Below, one piece after another: positions 15,550 through 26,083 of a DNA stretch of 64,000 nucleotides (position 1 is the first letter of the stretch; every line of letters begins with the position of its first letter). The notes under the pieces are model-generated. The model ran no database searches. It was not told the origin of the DNA and worked only from the letters and a program-made list of their open reading frames with translations. A program made the position numbers and the translations under genes. The DNA is taken from the IMG/VR virus record IMGVR_UViG_3300027702_000001. One strand, 5' to 3'. Source of the DNA: a virus.

Positions 15550-17179
15550 TGTCTTCACCATAAATGTTTTCAAGTAGGAATTCATAATGTGTTGGAACCT
15601 CATCTGACTTGATGAATTCCTCAATATCTTTAATGTAATCTAGACGCTCATTTCCAACGTGAGTGAGTTCTTCGACGTTGCCATATCCATTGAACCTAGT
15701 TCCCAATCTCAATCCCATACCTGCAGCGATGAAATTCATACCTGCAATGTTTGCTCTGAGTGGTCTACCAAGATCTAGAATATCTCCCATCCTCTCATAC
15801 TCATCGTTCACCTTGATGTTACCATCAAACTGTTCGAGCATATACTCACATCTTTGTGATGCGTGTCTCCAATATGGATTATCAGTTCGTTTGCTCAATG
15901 CATAGTGCATTGCTACGAAATGACTGAATCCAATGACCTCACGTTGTGCAGCATAATTGAACCATTGACGCTCAATACCTGTTACATAACCCTGACGACG
16001 ATTGAGAACATCAACCAGTCTAAGAATGTTTTCGTGAGTTGTCAACAGACCAGTGGACTCTAGTGGTTCAATGAAACCATATGACATCCCGATTGCTACA
16101 CAATTCAACTCCCACGCTTTCTCTCTATATCCGTGCTTAATATCAATTAGTTGGATTTCATACTCTTCTGGTTCCAGATCAAACTCTTGTTCAATCCAAA
16201 TTTCAAACTCTTGTCTTGCTTCTGTTTCCATAGCAAAACGTGATGACCAACAGTATCCAACTCCGACTCTATCCCACAATGGAATAGTCCACATCCAACC
16301 AGTATTTGCACCGCGACAGTCTGTCACGTTGTGCATCTTTTCCTGACGTTGTTTCTGATTTTGGTAAGGAATACGAGCAAAGAATGCTTTGTCGTTTGGT
16401 AGATACTTCTCGAAACTAATATGGCGAACAGACATCATATCTTCAATGAGTGCACCCTTAAATCCTGTGCAATCAATGAACAGATCTCCCTGTACTCCGA
16501 TAGTTTTCTTGTCTGCGTCTAGTTTTACTGCTAGTTGTTTGATGACTCTGTTACTTTGTGATGGTGATCCACCTGCAGTAACATCTTTGACCATTCCTCG
16601 TACATCACCTGTGATGTGTGTGAATCTATCCTGTTCAGCGAACGGATAACATACATCAGTCTTCAAGTATTCGCCGAATCTGTCAGCATCAATATGGTAG
16701 GCAGTATCACTAGCAAAATCAAAATCCCTAATTCTCCCATCTTTGTTACCATATTCTTTATTGTTTTCTGCCATACAGGTGTTACCTGCCAAGTAATACT
16801 TAGCAAACAACTCTGGCGGGAACTCATCAGGATACAGTCTTTGAAGATCAAAGAAATCTTGAATATCGTTCTTACAGTTATATAGATCTGCAGGTCCAAA
16901 TGGATACTGGAATGTAGATCCTATTTCACGAAAGTCTGTGAATTGAATACTGTTCTTATATGTCGCTCCTACCTTGGGCATCCACTCTTCGTCTTTAAGA
17001 CCGAGTGATCGCAAATACTTGTTAAACTGTCCGATAGTTGATTCACCAACACCGACTGGTTTATGCTTCTTAGACTCGACCAGTACAACGCTGATCCACG
17101 GGCATAGTTTCAAGAGTGCTGCTGCGGTCATCCATCCAGATGATCCACCACCAACAATCACAACATTGTTAACTTGCAT
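15527..17179 (-). CDS. prnA: Flavin-dependent halogenase (PrnA/tryptophan halogenase family)
   Basis: GGGSSG FAD motif, VGEST, ATYK (catalytic Lys position), FIDCTGF, GWMWTIP (WxWxIP), FIEPLES. Confidence 0.9.
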   Translation of the reverse strand: MQVNNVVIVGGGSSGWMTAAALLKLCPWISVVLVESKKHKPVGVGESTIGQFNKYLRSLGLKDEEWMPKVGATYKNSIQFTDFREIGSTFQYPFGPADLYNCKNDIQDFFDLQRLYPDEFPPELFAKYYLAGNTCMAENNKEYGNKDGRIRDFDFASDTAYHIDADRFGEYLKTDVCYPFAEQDRFTHITGDVRGMVKDVTAGGSPSQSNRVIKQLAVKLDADKKTIGVQGDLFIDCTGFKGALIEDMMSVRHISFEKYLPNDKAFFARIPYQNQKQRQEKMHNVTDCRGANTGWMWTIPLWDRVGVGYCWSSRFAMETEARQEFEIWIEQEFDLEPEEYEIQLIDIKHGYREKAWELNCVAIGMSYGFIEPLESTGLLTTHENILRLVDVLNRRQGYVTGIERQWFNYAAQREVIGFSHFVAMHYALSKRTDNPYWRHASQRCEYMLEQFDGNIKVNDEYERMGDILDLGRPLRANIAGMNFIAAGMGLRLGTRFNGYGNVEELTHVGNERLDYIKDIEEFIKSDEVPTHYEFLLENIYGEDNVQLPEE

Positions 17180-17181
17180 AA

Positions 17182-18672
17182 TTAAGATTCTTCTTTCTTA
17201 TATAGGGTAGATTGATAATACTCCAAAGGGGTTGGATAGTCTGGATCTGACTTGGTTAAATGATCCATAAACATATCATCAAAGTCGGGTGATTCGTAAC
17301 CATCGTGTCTGGCAATAACATCGAACCTATCAGGAATTATATCATATTCGTACCCACCTAGCAAGTAGAGAGCACCCTCGGATAGATAATTTAGGTTTCC
17401 GATCTGTTCAAATCTTTGTGTCAACACATCAGGGAACTCCGATTGGAAGTTCATCTGATTATAATGCTTCCAGAATGGTGTGTCACTCCTAGGACTCAAA
17501 CAGTAATGTGCTAGTACAAAATCCTTGAATGACTGTAGTCTCCTCTTCGATCCCCAGTTGAACTGTTCTCTTATGAAACCATTGTAATAGTCAATTTCTC
17601 TAGGAAGAACCTGTATCAGATTAAATAAGAACTCGTGAACTGAATATAATCCACCTGATTCTAGTGGTTCAATGAAACCACCTGCCAATCCAATAGATAC
17701 CACATTCTTCTTCCATATCTCTTTTCTTACACCTGTAGGGAACTCAAGGAATCTGAATTCCTGTTCATCACCTACACCTAAATGCTGTTTGAATTCTGTT
17801 AATGCATCCTCTTTCGATTGATGACGGGATGAGAATACATAACCCGTGCCAATTCGTGACCACGTGGGTGCTCTCCATACCCATCCACTGCTCATTCCTG
17901 TGCAGTTTGTGTATGCAACTAACTCTTTTGCTTTATCTTTATATGGTACTCTCGTTGTCCACGCTGAGTCACACATCAATTCATCTGTACCATTTATATC
18001 TGAATTCCACGCTTCCCACGTACTTCCTACCTCATTGCTGAGAATTGCAGCAAATCCTGTGCAGTCTATAAAAAGGTCTGCATCGTGCCAATCGCCACTA
18101 TGAACGCGAACTCTGCTAATCCCGTCCACGCTGGATTCAATTTCGCTGACTGTATCTTCAATGAGTCTAATACCTTTTGGTAGTGCATAGTTGTGTTTTA
18201 GATATTCTGCAAAGGAAATAGCGTCGAAATGGTAACCGACATTAAAATAAGTGAGATCGGGAATGAGTTTCCCATTTTCTGAACTGCGAACTGTATCTGA
18301 ATATATCAGACCCCAAGTCATACTGTCAACTTTTCCGATCTTTCGCCAAGTATAGTAGTCAGCAACAGATGCAGGTCCCTCTGTCTTCCCAAATGGGTAA
18401 TGGAATGGACCTTTTGGATTAAAGTTCTCGAATCGTACGCTATGTTTATATGTGGCATCACATTTAGGCATCCAGTCGGAATCTTCCAATCCCAGATACC
18501 TAATAAAAGTATTAAAAAATTGCGTTGTCGCTTCTCCTACACCAATTCTAGGTTTTGTAGGAGATTCGATCAACACAATCTCTTTTGTATCACCAAAATG
18601 TTTCGCTAGAACACTAGCGGTCATCCACCCTGCACTGCCACCACCGACAATACAGATTTTATGTAGTTGCAT
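17182..18672 (-). CDS. prnA: Second flavin-dependent halogenase (PrnA family)
   Basis: GGGSAG, VGEAT, ATYK, FIDCTGF, GWVWRAP (variant of WxWxIP), FIEPLES. Confidence 0.9.
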   Translation of the reverse strand: MQLHKICIVGGGSAGWMTASVLAKHFGDTKEIVLIESPTKPRIGVGEATTQFFNTFIRYLGLEDSDWMPKCDATYKHSVRFENFNPKGPFHYPFGKTEGPASVADYYTWRKIGKVDSMTWGLIYSDTVRSSENGKLIPDLTYFNVGYHFDAISFAEYLKHNYALPKGIRLIEDTVSEIESSVDGISRVRVHSGDWHDADLFIDCTGFAAILSNEVGSTWEAWNSDINGTDELMCDSAWTTRVPYKDKAKELVAYTNCTGMSSGWVWRAPTWSRIGTGYVFSSRHQSKEDALTEFKQHLGVGDEQEFRFLEFPTGVRKEIWKKNVVSIGLAGGFIEPLESGGLYSVHEFLFNLIQVLPREIDYYNGFIREQFNWGSKRRLQSFKDFVLAHYCLSPRSDTPFWKHYNQMNFQSEFPDVLTQRFEQIGNLNYLSEGALYLLGGYEYDIIPDRFDVIARHDGYESPDFDDMFMDHLTKSDPDYPTPLEYYQSTLYKKEES

Positions 18673-18678
18673 ACCAAA

Positions 18679-19197
18679 TTAAAGTTCTTCGTAGGTTCTT
18701 CCCCAGTTAGAATATCTTTCCCAACAAGGTTGTTCTTTCGTTGATAGTTTACAGGGTCTTCCGACTCCAGGCTCTACAGCGTCTGACATAAACTCAGCGA
18801 TCTCTTCCTCAGTCATTGTAGGATCCATTGGTTCCTCAACTGATGAAGGTGATACCGTGTTCTCTTTAACTGTCTTGACGTGATTATACCAAAGAGCATC
18901 CTCTGCTGTCAACGCTTTTCCTGATGCAAGGTCTTTGTAGAGCATATCCAATTGTGCTCCTACCTCACCATATGCCACTCTGCGAGTTGTTGCAGGGTCT
19001 GCATATGTTTCAGTTCTCTTAACCCAAGTCATATCTTCTGCTGAAGGTGACCACTCAAGAGTCCACACATTTGTAATATCATCAGGTGCATTTACCCACA
19101 TTTGTGAGCAACCACGACCCAAGAATAGTGCATATTCTTCCCCAGGTTCTACTACGTCAGCAACGTAACCTGTAAAATCCATTAATGCTTTTTTCAT
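18679..19197 (-). CDS. Fibre-associated hypothetical protein
   Basis: RRVAYGEVGAQLDMLYKD motif typical of tail-fibre assembly-like proteins. Confidence 0.6.
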   Translation of the reverse strand: MKKALMDFTGYVADVVEPGEEYALFLGRGCSQMWVNAPDDITNVWTLEWSPSAEDMTWVKRTETYADPATTRRVAYGEVGAQLDMLYKDLASGKALTAEDALWYNHVKTVKENTVSPSSVEEPMDPTMTEEEIAEFMSDAVEPGVGRPCKLSTKEQPCWERYSNWGRTYEEL

Positions 19198-19206
19198 AGT
19201 GACCTC

Positions 19207-20007
19207 TTACTTGTAGTTGATAACAGTAACAACACCATACTTACCGTTTGAACCACGGAAAGAGTGGAAGTGACCACCTGAACCACCTGAACCATATGCT
19301 GAGTGATCTTGGTGGTTATGACTGAAGTTTCCTCCATTTGGCCAACCTGCAGCAACAGATCCACCGAAGTGAGAAGGTCCACCAGTTCCACCACCGTGAG
19401 CAGCGTGGGACTGTCCACCACCACCCCAGATATTCAGGTCTCCACCAGAACCTTCTCGTCCTAGTCCACCTGAGTGTGAGTTATTACGTGCAGCACCGTG
19501 TCCACCACCTGCTGACATATAAGGACCGAATGAAGATGATCCTCCATCACCACCACGGTTGAAATACCAAGTACCTCCACCGCCACCACCAATCGTAATA
19601 CCGACGGATGAAATGTTGGCAACTGACATCACACGCTCAGAGTAACCCCCTGCACCGCCTGATTCACCGTGACCAGCACCTCCACCACCGCCACCTTGAC
19701 AGCGTACGTGAATATATTTTACGCCACTTGGTCTATTCCAAGTACCGTTACCAGTCCAGATTTGCATAGAACTGATGTTTTCTGAACTAACGTCTGTCCA
19801 AGACATTGACGATCCGTTCGTGGTAAGAAACTTACCTGATTGACCTGAGACACTAGGCACGATCTGACTAGATGAACCTGACATCGTACCATTAACGGTC
19901 AAGTTACTAACAGTCAGCGTACCATTAGCAGTAATATTACCAGATGCGAGGGTAAAACCACCAATGCCAGACAGGTCTCTAATAGATGCAACTTTGAGTG
20001 TGCTCAT
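19207..20007 (-). CDS. Glycine-rich tail-fibre-like protein
   Basis: MSTLKV start, SGQSGKFLTTNGS, WNRPSGVKYIHVRCQGGGGGG glycine-rich domain. Confidence 0.7.
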   Translation of the reverse strand: MSTLKVASIRDLSGIGGFTLASGNITANGTLTVSNLTVNGTMSGSSSQIVPSVSGQSGKFLTTNGSSMSWTDVSSENISSMQIWTGNGTWNRPSGVKYIHVRCQGGGGGGAGHGESGGAGGYSERVMSVANISSVGITIGGGGGGTWYFNRGGDGGSSSFGPYMSAGGGHGAARNNSHSGGLGREGSGGDLNIWGGGGQSHAAHGGGTGGPSHFGGSVAAGWPNGGNFSHNHQDHSAYGSGGSGGHFHSFRGSNGKYGVVTVINYK

Positions 20008-20034
20008 TTTTTCCTGTTAAAATTTCCTCTGATG

Positions 20035-20042
20035 TATTTATA
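20035..20042 (-). promoter_or_regulatory. T4-type late promoter
   Basis: TATAAATA 28 nt upstream of 20007. Confidence 0.75.
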
Positions 20043-20044
20043 CA

Positions 20045-20578
20045 TTATGTAGGTGGCACAGGGCGTGTGAAACCTGCAGGCAGATAAGGTTGGTCTGCTG
20101 CCCACTGTGCGTCATCGGGATAGTATCCGTCGTGGTACACAACTGTACCTTCAGGATTGACTCTTTGAGTGGATGGATCCTCGTAATCGGGGATCGTAAT
20201 ATCCTCTCTATGTATTAGAGATTTCTCATTATCACCTGCCCACATTTGAACTGCGTATTTAACTTCAGGAGTTAAAGCAGGTAATGATACTGTCAACTGA
20301 TATTTAGAGTCACTCGATAAAATGTTATCAAGTTGTTGTGTGAAGACCTGTGTACCATCTGGTTTTGAAACTGAAATACCGACTCGTAAACCGTTATCCC
20401 ATTTCAGTTTGTACTCTCCAAACTTTCTTACACTCATCTTAATGGTTATGTCTTTTGACTTTAGAGTCGAAAATCCACCACCAATAGTTGTGTTTTCGCC
20501 TATATCGAAAACTGCTGTAGCGACGTTGAAATTTTGAAAACCATCGTCTGCTGTCTTTGGGTCGTTAACTGTTGCCAT
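20045..20578 (-). CDS. Hypothetical virion-region protein
   Basis: ORF track; tight packing. Confidence 0.65.
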   Translation of the reverse strand: MATVNDPKTADDGFQNFNVATAVFDIGENTTIGGGFSTLKSKDITIKMSVRKFGEYKLKWDNGLRVGISVSKPDGTQVFTQQLDNILSSDSKYQLTVSLPALTPEVKYAVQMWAGDNEKSLIHREDITIPDYEDPSTQRVNPEGTVVYHDGYYPDDAQWAADQPYLPAGFTRPVPPT

Positions 20579-20580
20579 AA

Positions 20581-21561
20581 TTAGATCAAATAACCAAGAG
20601 TTCCTATACCTTGTCCACCGTTAGGTTGGGCGTATCCTTGTCTGAATTGAGAAGAACTATCCCCTGGGGTTCCCCAGTCACCATTACTTATGGAACCACC
20701 GATGTGATATGGAGAAGAGATCCAAGATGCACCTCCACCTCCACCAGCAGCACCGTTACAGTCACAGCCAGGGTTTCCACCACATTGACCAGCATTGTAA
20801 CCGCCGCCACCGCCGCCTCCACCTGAAGCGTCGTTCCCTGGTCTGCCACATTCATCACCATTTGTATCACCGTTTCCACCCATTGCTCCACCTTGTGAAC
20901 CGCACTGTCCGTTTGCTCCTCTTTGTCCACCTGCTCCACCAGAACCTGCTCCAGAGCAACCTTCACGACCTCCACCTCCACCGCCGCCTGCTGCGACTGC
21001 GAGTATGTGTGTACTATCCATACTTACACCTAATGGTGTGAAGAGCATAGTTGCTGCTCCTCCTCCACCACCACCTGCTGAACATCCTCTACAAGATGCG
21101 TGGGTGCCACGACCACCTGAACCATAACCTGATCCATTGGTACCATTACCGCCGCCACCCCAACATCCGTAGCAACCTGATCCACCGCCGCCGCCACCGC
21201 CGACGTAAACTCTCATTCTTCCACCTGCAGCGATCCAATCTGCCTGTACTGTAATCTCACTATATGACATACCGCCTGCACCACCACCTGCTCCACCTTG
21301 TCCACCTGCACCGCCTGCTCCACCCCACAACCAAGCGTATAGAGTTGCACCTGCACCTGCATCAATGTATAGACTATTATCTCCTGTACTGGTAAATCTA
21401 TGGAATCTAAAGTTCTGACCATTATATGCTTGGTCAAACACTGTTCCATTGTCTTGAGCAATAATTCTTACCGAACCACCGCCACCTGCTCCTGCACCAC
21501 GTGATGCCAAAGAAGAAGACAAGGGACTGAACATCCCAGAATAACCAATGTTAGTAGACAT
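20581..21561 (-). CDS. Glycine/cysteine-rich fibre-like protein
   Basis: Repeated GGGGG runs with CYGC, CRGC, GC, CDC. Confidence 0.7.
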   Translation of the reverse strand: MSTNIGYSGMFSPLSSSLASRGAGAGGGGSVRIIAQDNGTVFDQAYNGQNFRFHRFTSTGDNSLYIDAGAGATLYAWLWGGAGGAGGQGGAGGGAGGMSYSEITVQADWIAAGGRMRVYVGGGGGGGSGCYGCWGGGGNGTNGSGYGSGGRGTHASCRGCSAGGGGGGAATMLFTPLGVSMDSTHILAVAAGGGGGGGREGCSGAGSGGAGGQRGANGQCGSQGGAMGGNGDTNGDECGRPGNDASGGGGGGGGYNAGQCGGNPGCDCNGAAGGGGGASWISSPYHIGGSISNGDWGTPGDSSSQFRQGYAQPNGGQGIGTLGYLI

Positions 21562-21563
21562 AA

Positions 21564-22430
21564 TTATGCTTGATAATATCCAGTAGCAGAACCCATCACA
21601 GTGAATGATTGCTGAGCAGTGTTAGGTGTGTAGACCAATGCGAATGAGACAACAACATAAGTATCATCTTCACCCCAACTTGGTTCAGCACCACCTGACC
21701 AGTATATAGTTGTTGACTGTCCGTTAACGTTAACTGATGTAGGAATACCCTCACCACCTTGGTTTTTGATAGCAACAGTCATACCATATGCGTGTGCACC
21801 ATCAGTAGGAACGTTAGTAAAACTGATAGTGAAATTACCACCACCAGTTTTGTTGATCCAGATTGAGTTTGAATTATTATAATCGTGAGTTATAGAACCA
21901 CTTGTTGTGTAATAGTAAACGCTCTCTTTCGTTTCACCGTAATGAAGTGTACCAGTGAATGTAGCGTGTTGTGATTCAATATCAACAAATTCAGCGTATG
22001 ACAGGTCATCGTCACCAAGTAGTGTCCAAGATGCACCGTTCTCAATGGTAACAGTATAACCTGAGTTAATTTGAATTGGACCTGCTGAGAATCCGTTTGT
22101 GAACTCTACACCGCCGTTTGCAGTAGGACCGACAGTTAAGTTCTCTCCAATATTTGTACCGTTAGTTCTAATGATAGAACCTTCACCAATAGCAGGACCA
22201 CCCCCACCAACATCAGTCCACCCAGGGTTGCCTTGTGCAGCATCCTGTTTGTAGATCTGTGCCATATCTTCAGTCGTGTTATAGACTAAAGTACCAAATG
22301 CGGGTGTACCGAGGGCATTGACCTGTGACTGGTTAAGTGGCGGTAAATTTATTTGTTCGGAAATAGACCACGCTTCAACTAGACCTCTAGTTGTCGCTTG
22401 TATCTGATTACCATTAATCTTTGTTGACAT
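21564..22430 (-). CDS. Virion structural/fibre protein
   Basis: AFGTLVYNTT collar-like motif; SAGPIQINSGYTVTIENGASWT. Confidence 0.65.
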   Translation of the reverse strand: MSTKINGNQIQATTRGLVEAWSISEQINLPPLNQSQVNALGTPAFGTLVYNTTEDMAQIYKQDAAQGNPGWTDVGGGGPAIGEGSIIRTNGTNIGENLTVGPTANGGVEFTNGFSAGPIQINSGYTVTIENGASWTLLGDDDLSYAEFVDIESQHATFTGTLHYGETKESVYYYTTSGSITHDYNNSNSIWINKTGGGNFTISFTNVPTDGAHAYGMTVAIKNQGGEGIPTSVNVNGQSTTIYWSGGAEPSWGEDDTYVVVSFALVYTPNTAQQSFTVMGSATGYYQA

Positions 22431-22454
22431 AGGATCCTACTGCTCCTCTTCTAT

Positions 22455-25400
22455 TTAGATGACTAGTTCCCTGATCTGGATCACATCACCAGTTGAGGGT
22501 GGAGTACCGATTGAGAAGTCAACAGCGTTGCCGCTAACTTGATAGTCAGTGCCTGGGATTTGGGCGACACCATTCAAGAATACAAGAACAGAGTAAGAGG
22601 TATGCCCTGGGGAAATAGCAAAGGATGATGTTGACCCGTTACCATTGTATGTGACCCCGTTGTTATTGTTAGCAAGACCAGTTGCAAGTCTATACTTATC
22701 AGCAGCACCATACTTACCAGTAACATCAAGGTCACCAGAAATGAATGTGTTACCACTGATCTTCATTCTATTGGATGCATCAGGTGCCATTCCAATACCA
22801 TAGTTAGTGACACCACTGAACCTACGTGCAGTAATTGGTCCAGTATCTGTCATACCAAATTTGTACCAAGATCCTGAATCGTAGATCCAACCAAGTGAAT
22901 CACCTGCCTGCCAGTCGATGTTATAGATAATATCACCATCATTAAATGCCAATGCAGCATCAATATCTGGTTGACCTGACCCATCATCTTCTGCGAGGAA
23001 CGTCTGCTTTAGTACGGTTCCATCAGTGTTACTATAAGTTAGTTTCAGAGTCTGAATATTCTCCTGAGCAGTAATTCTCTTCTGGAATGTAACTGGACCT
23101 GAGAATACAGATTCCAACTGGTTAGATGCACCACCAATAACAGTTAGTTTGTCAGTAAGAACAATCTCTGAGAACGTCTCAATGGTTGTACCCTCTTCAC
23201 CCAACACGTTAAGTTGTGCAATATCTTCGTTAGTGATCTGACCTGTAACTGGGTTGATAACTTGGTTACCAACGAATAGTTCACCATCAGAGTTAACACC
23301 TGAGTAATATGCAACACCTGCTGCTTCTTTCAACGACTGTGACAGTCTGACCTGTGCGGGTGATAGAACTTCCACCTGTGTAGATGGGAATGCAGTTGAG
23401 TAGTTACCTGGCCCAAATCCAAGATATTCAAACGTGTGACCAGATGCTCTAAGGATGGAGTATCTTCGTAGTTCACATAGAATAGGAGCAACTGAGTTAT
23501 CAGCGTTCAACTTCAGAGGGATCTTTCTCTCTTCTTCATCACCAAGGCGTCCTGTAACAACAATACTGTTCAGTGTATTAGATGTTGTGTTATATCCTAA
23601 GTTGTTTTCCTGTTCAAGTAAGAAGAACTGAGTTGACTCTTTAGTAATAGAGAGTTTTGTGTTCTCATTAGGTGTAGGTGTGGCACCATCAGTTGTAGTA
23701 ACAACGCCAAGAATGTCATTGTCAGCAACTGAAATAGCGGGACCTGGGTCTGCTACTGGGTTGTCTCTGTCAAATGCGGGGTATAGATCAACTGTCTGCT
23801 GTGAGAATGCGAAGTCATCAAAGTTAGATGTAGATGGAGCAACTGATGCATTCAGGAAGGTTAGATAGTAAATACCATCCTTAAGACCTCTTTCAAATTC
23901 TTGATATACTTCTACTTCGTAGATGTAGTATGTCTTATCGTATGCAGGTGAGTTAGTCTCTGAAGATCTAGGTTGTACCACGAAACCAGTAATGGGTTGT
24001 CTAGGAATCGGGAACGCATCCTTGTCCAGTACATATCTAAATCTGTAGATTCTATCTTTAAGGTCTCTTGCGTCGGGTACTCTTCTAATGAATGATGTGG
24101 GCGTGAATCCAAGATTTTGATACTGACTGTTAGCAATTAGAGTTGTATAGATGTCGTTCTGGTTTGAATCGACTTGTAGATACCAGTTAGACTGGTTAGC
24201 ATCCCACTTGATAGGTGAGTTGTCATCACCTGGGGATGTACCTGTAACATCACCACCTGAAGGATCAATCTTCGCTGTGTGTGTTGTTGGTGAGTTTGCA
24301 CCTGAAGCAATCAACAGAACGTTAATCTTGTCAGGTAATGTAGGTGAATCTCTTCTAGCACCAATGGTGTAACCCTGAATCTTAGAGGGTGGTTTACCTG
24401 TTTCGTTTGTATATCCGTAGAGGTATAGTTTTGTAGGATCTGCTGCAGCACGGATCTTATTAATATCAAATGTCACCCAGTTGATAGAGATCTCTGCTAC
24501 GTCTGAAATATCTTTTGGTGGAATTACGTGTGTAATTTGACCTGCTTTATCTTTCGTGAATGAAGCACTCTTAAATCCTTTACTTCGAAGAGACGTATTA
24601 CCGAAGTTACTGTTAGAGTTAGTAATTGAAAGGTCACCACCACTGTCTGAGAAGAAGTGATCACCAAATCCAACAGCGAACACAGAAACGACCTGAATGA
24701 AAGCATCATTACTTGCTTTAATGTGGACGTGTCTCCATCCTTTTCTGTACTTACATAGTCCGTTAATATGTGCGCCAGATCCGCTTGCTTGTGCTTCATA
24801 ATTTCCTGTTGATGGGTTATATAATACGAATGCTCTGTCGTCTTTCTGTAGTGAAATACCAGTGAACTGAGCAACAACCATTGATTTAAAACCAGTGGCG
24901 AGTGAACCATCTGCGTGCATACCACAAATACCCCACACAGAACGTAGGGAGCAGTTGAACACATATGGTGACGCTGAGTCAACCGTGTCAATCTCAACTT
25001 TAACCAGTACGTTAGAACCAATCGCGTTACCTGACGGTTCTGCTGACATCTGGTAGGTAAACTGGTTACCCTGTGCTGACGTTACGAGGAATGATCCGTT
25101 GTATAGATTAGAGTCTGCCTCAGTTGGTCCAGTAACACCAGAGATGTTGACTGCAACACCAACAGAGAAACCGTGGTTGCTAGGGTTATCTTGAATATCA
25201 ACCGTAAAAGCAGTTGCAGTTTGACCATTTCGGATAATCTGAGATACTCGGAATTCGTCGGAAATCGGACCAACGATCCTGTTTTCCTCGACTCTTGCCT
25301 GTAACTGGTCTTGTGCGATAGTTCCAGAGGTATCTGGAATTGTTGCGTATGCCTTTGAGATCTTCTGGTAGTAGAGATCTAGGTCAAGGATCGTAGCATA

Positions 25401-26030
25401 CTCAAAACAAGTAATCTTATGGTGTGAGAAGTTAGGTGCAATAGTATCTGCAACATCTCCTCTATAATATACCCCGTTATTGTCCCCGTCGAAGAAGGAC
25501 ATCTGCCAGAAGTAAGTACCACCAGTCAATCTGAAGATTGCTGATGCCCCTGGTTCGTTTGCACCTGTGATACCAAGTGATGCGTTGATAGTAGGATATG
25601 GAACATACTTAGGAATGATCTTAGTTCTTCTAAGGTCAGATCCAACAACAGAACAACCCCTGGGAACGATGATACCACCGTTAACGGAGTTGAACTTATA
25701 CAGGATATTGTTAGGAGAAGTTAAATCAAAGTTTGTATTTTCGTCAAACGGCGTAATCTCGTTAAAATTGCTGGTCCCTGGTCTATTGTCTAGAACGTAT
25801 TCTGAAGGATATAGGTATATACTGAATGCGTCAAATTCGTCATTACTAAGTCCAACTCTATATGAAAATCTCGATACCTCAAGGAAGGCACGTTGCAACG
25901 TCTTAAACGGGCGCAGTGCCGAGTTACCTCGGTTGTCATATGCATCCGATGCATCGAAGTCGTCGGGGTTGACGTATATAATACGACCAGTCCTCGACGT
26001 GATGATATTTTTAAGACGTGTTAGTGCCAT
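22455..26030 (-). CDS. Large virion structural protein (fibre/baseplate, beta-helix-like)
   Basis: MALTRLKNII...IYVNPDDFDASD...PFKTLQRA N-terminus conserved in cyanomyoviruses; C-terminal VFLNGVAQIPGTDY repeat. Confidence 0.75.
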   Translation of the reverse strand: MALTRLKNIITSRTGRIIYVNPDDFDASDAYDNRGNSALRPFKTLQRAFLEVSRFSYRVGLSNDEFDAFSIYLYPSEYVLDNRPGTSNFNEITPFDENTNFDLTSPNNILYKFNSVNGGIIVPRGCSVVGSDLRRTKIIPKYVPYPTINASLGITGANEPGASAIFRLTGGTYFWQMSFFDGDNNGVYYRGDVADTIAPNFSHHKITCFEYATILDLDLYYQKISKAYATIPDTSGTIAQDQLQARVEENRIVGPISDEFRVSQIIRNGQTATAFTVDIQDNPSNHGFSVGVAVNISGVTGPTEADSNLYNGSFLVTSAQGNQFTYQMSAEPSGNAIGSNVLVKVEIDTVDSASPYVFNCSLRSVWGICGMHADGSLATGFKSMVVAQFTGISLQKDDRAFVLYNPSTGNYEAQASGSGAHINGLCKYRKGWRHVHIKASNDAFIQVVSVFAVGFGDHFFSDSGGDLSITNSNSNFGNTSLRSKGFKSASFTKDKAGQITHVIPPKDISDVAEISINWVTFDINKIRAAADPTKLYLYGYTNETGKPPSKIQGYTIGARRDSPTLPDKINVLLIASGANSPTTHTAKIDPSGGDVTGTSPGDDNSPIKWDANQSNWYLQVDSNQNDIYTTLIANSQYQNLGFTPTSFIRRVPDARDLKDRIYRFRYVLDKDAFPIPRQPITGFVVQPRSSETNSPAYDKTYYIYEVEVYQEFERGLKDGIYYLTFLNASVAPSTSNFDDFAFSQQTVDLYPAFDRDNPVADPGPAISVADNDILGVVTTTDGATPTPNENTKLSITKESTQFFLLEQENNLGYNTTSNTLNSIVVTGRLGDEEERKIPLKLNADNSVAPILCELRRYSILRASGHTFEYLGFGPGNYSTAFPSTQVEVLSPAQVRLSQSLKEAAGVAYYSGVNSDGELFVGNQVINPVTGQITNEDIAQLNVLGEEGTTIETFSEIVLTDKLTVIGGASNQLESVFSGPVTFQKRITAQENIQTLKLTYSNTDGTVLKQTFLAEDDGSGQPDIDAALAFNDGDIIYNIDWQAGDSLGWIYDSGSWYKFGMTDTGPITARRFSGVTNYGIGMAPDASNRMKISGNTFISGDLDVTGKYGAADKYRLATGLANNNNGVTYNGNGSTSSFAISPGHTSYSVLVFLNGVAQIPGTDYQVSGNAVDFSIGTPPSTGDVIQIRELVI

Positions 26031-26083
26031 CTTCTATAGGAATCCTGTCTATATGGTTATTTATGAAGGGTCAAGATTGGGAT

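Noticed and set aside
19207-21561. PE-PGRS or eukaryotic origin of Gly-rich genes
   Set aside because: Composition and context match ordinary cyanomyovirus fibre genes
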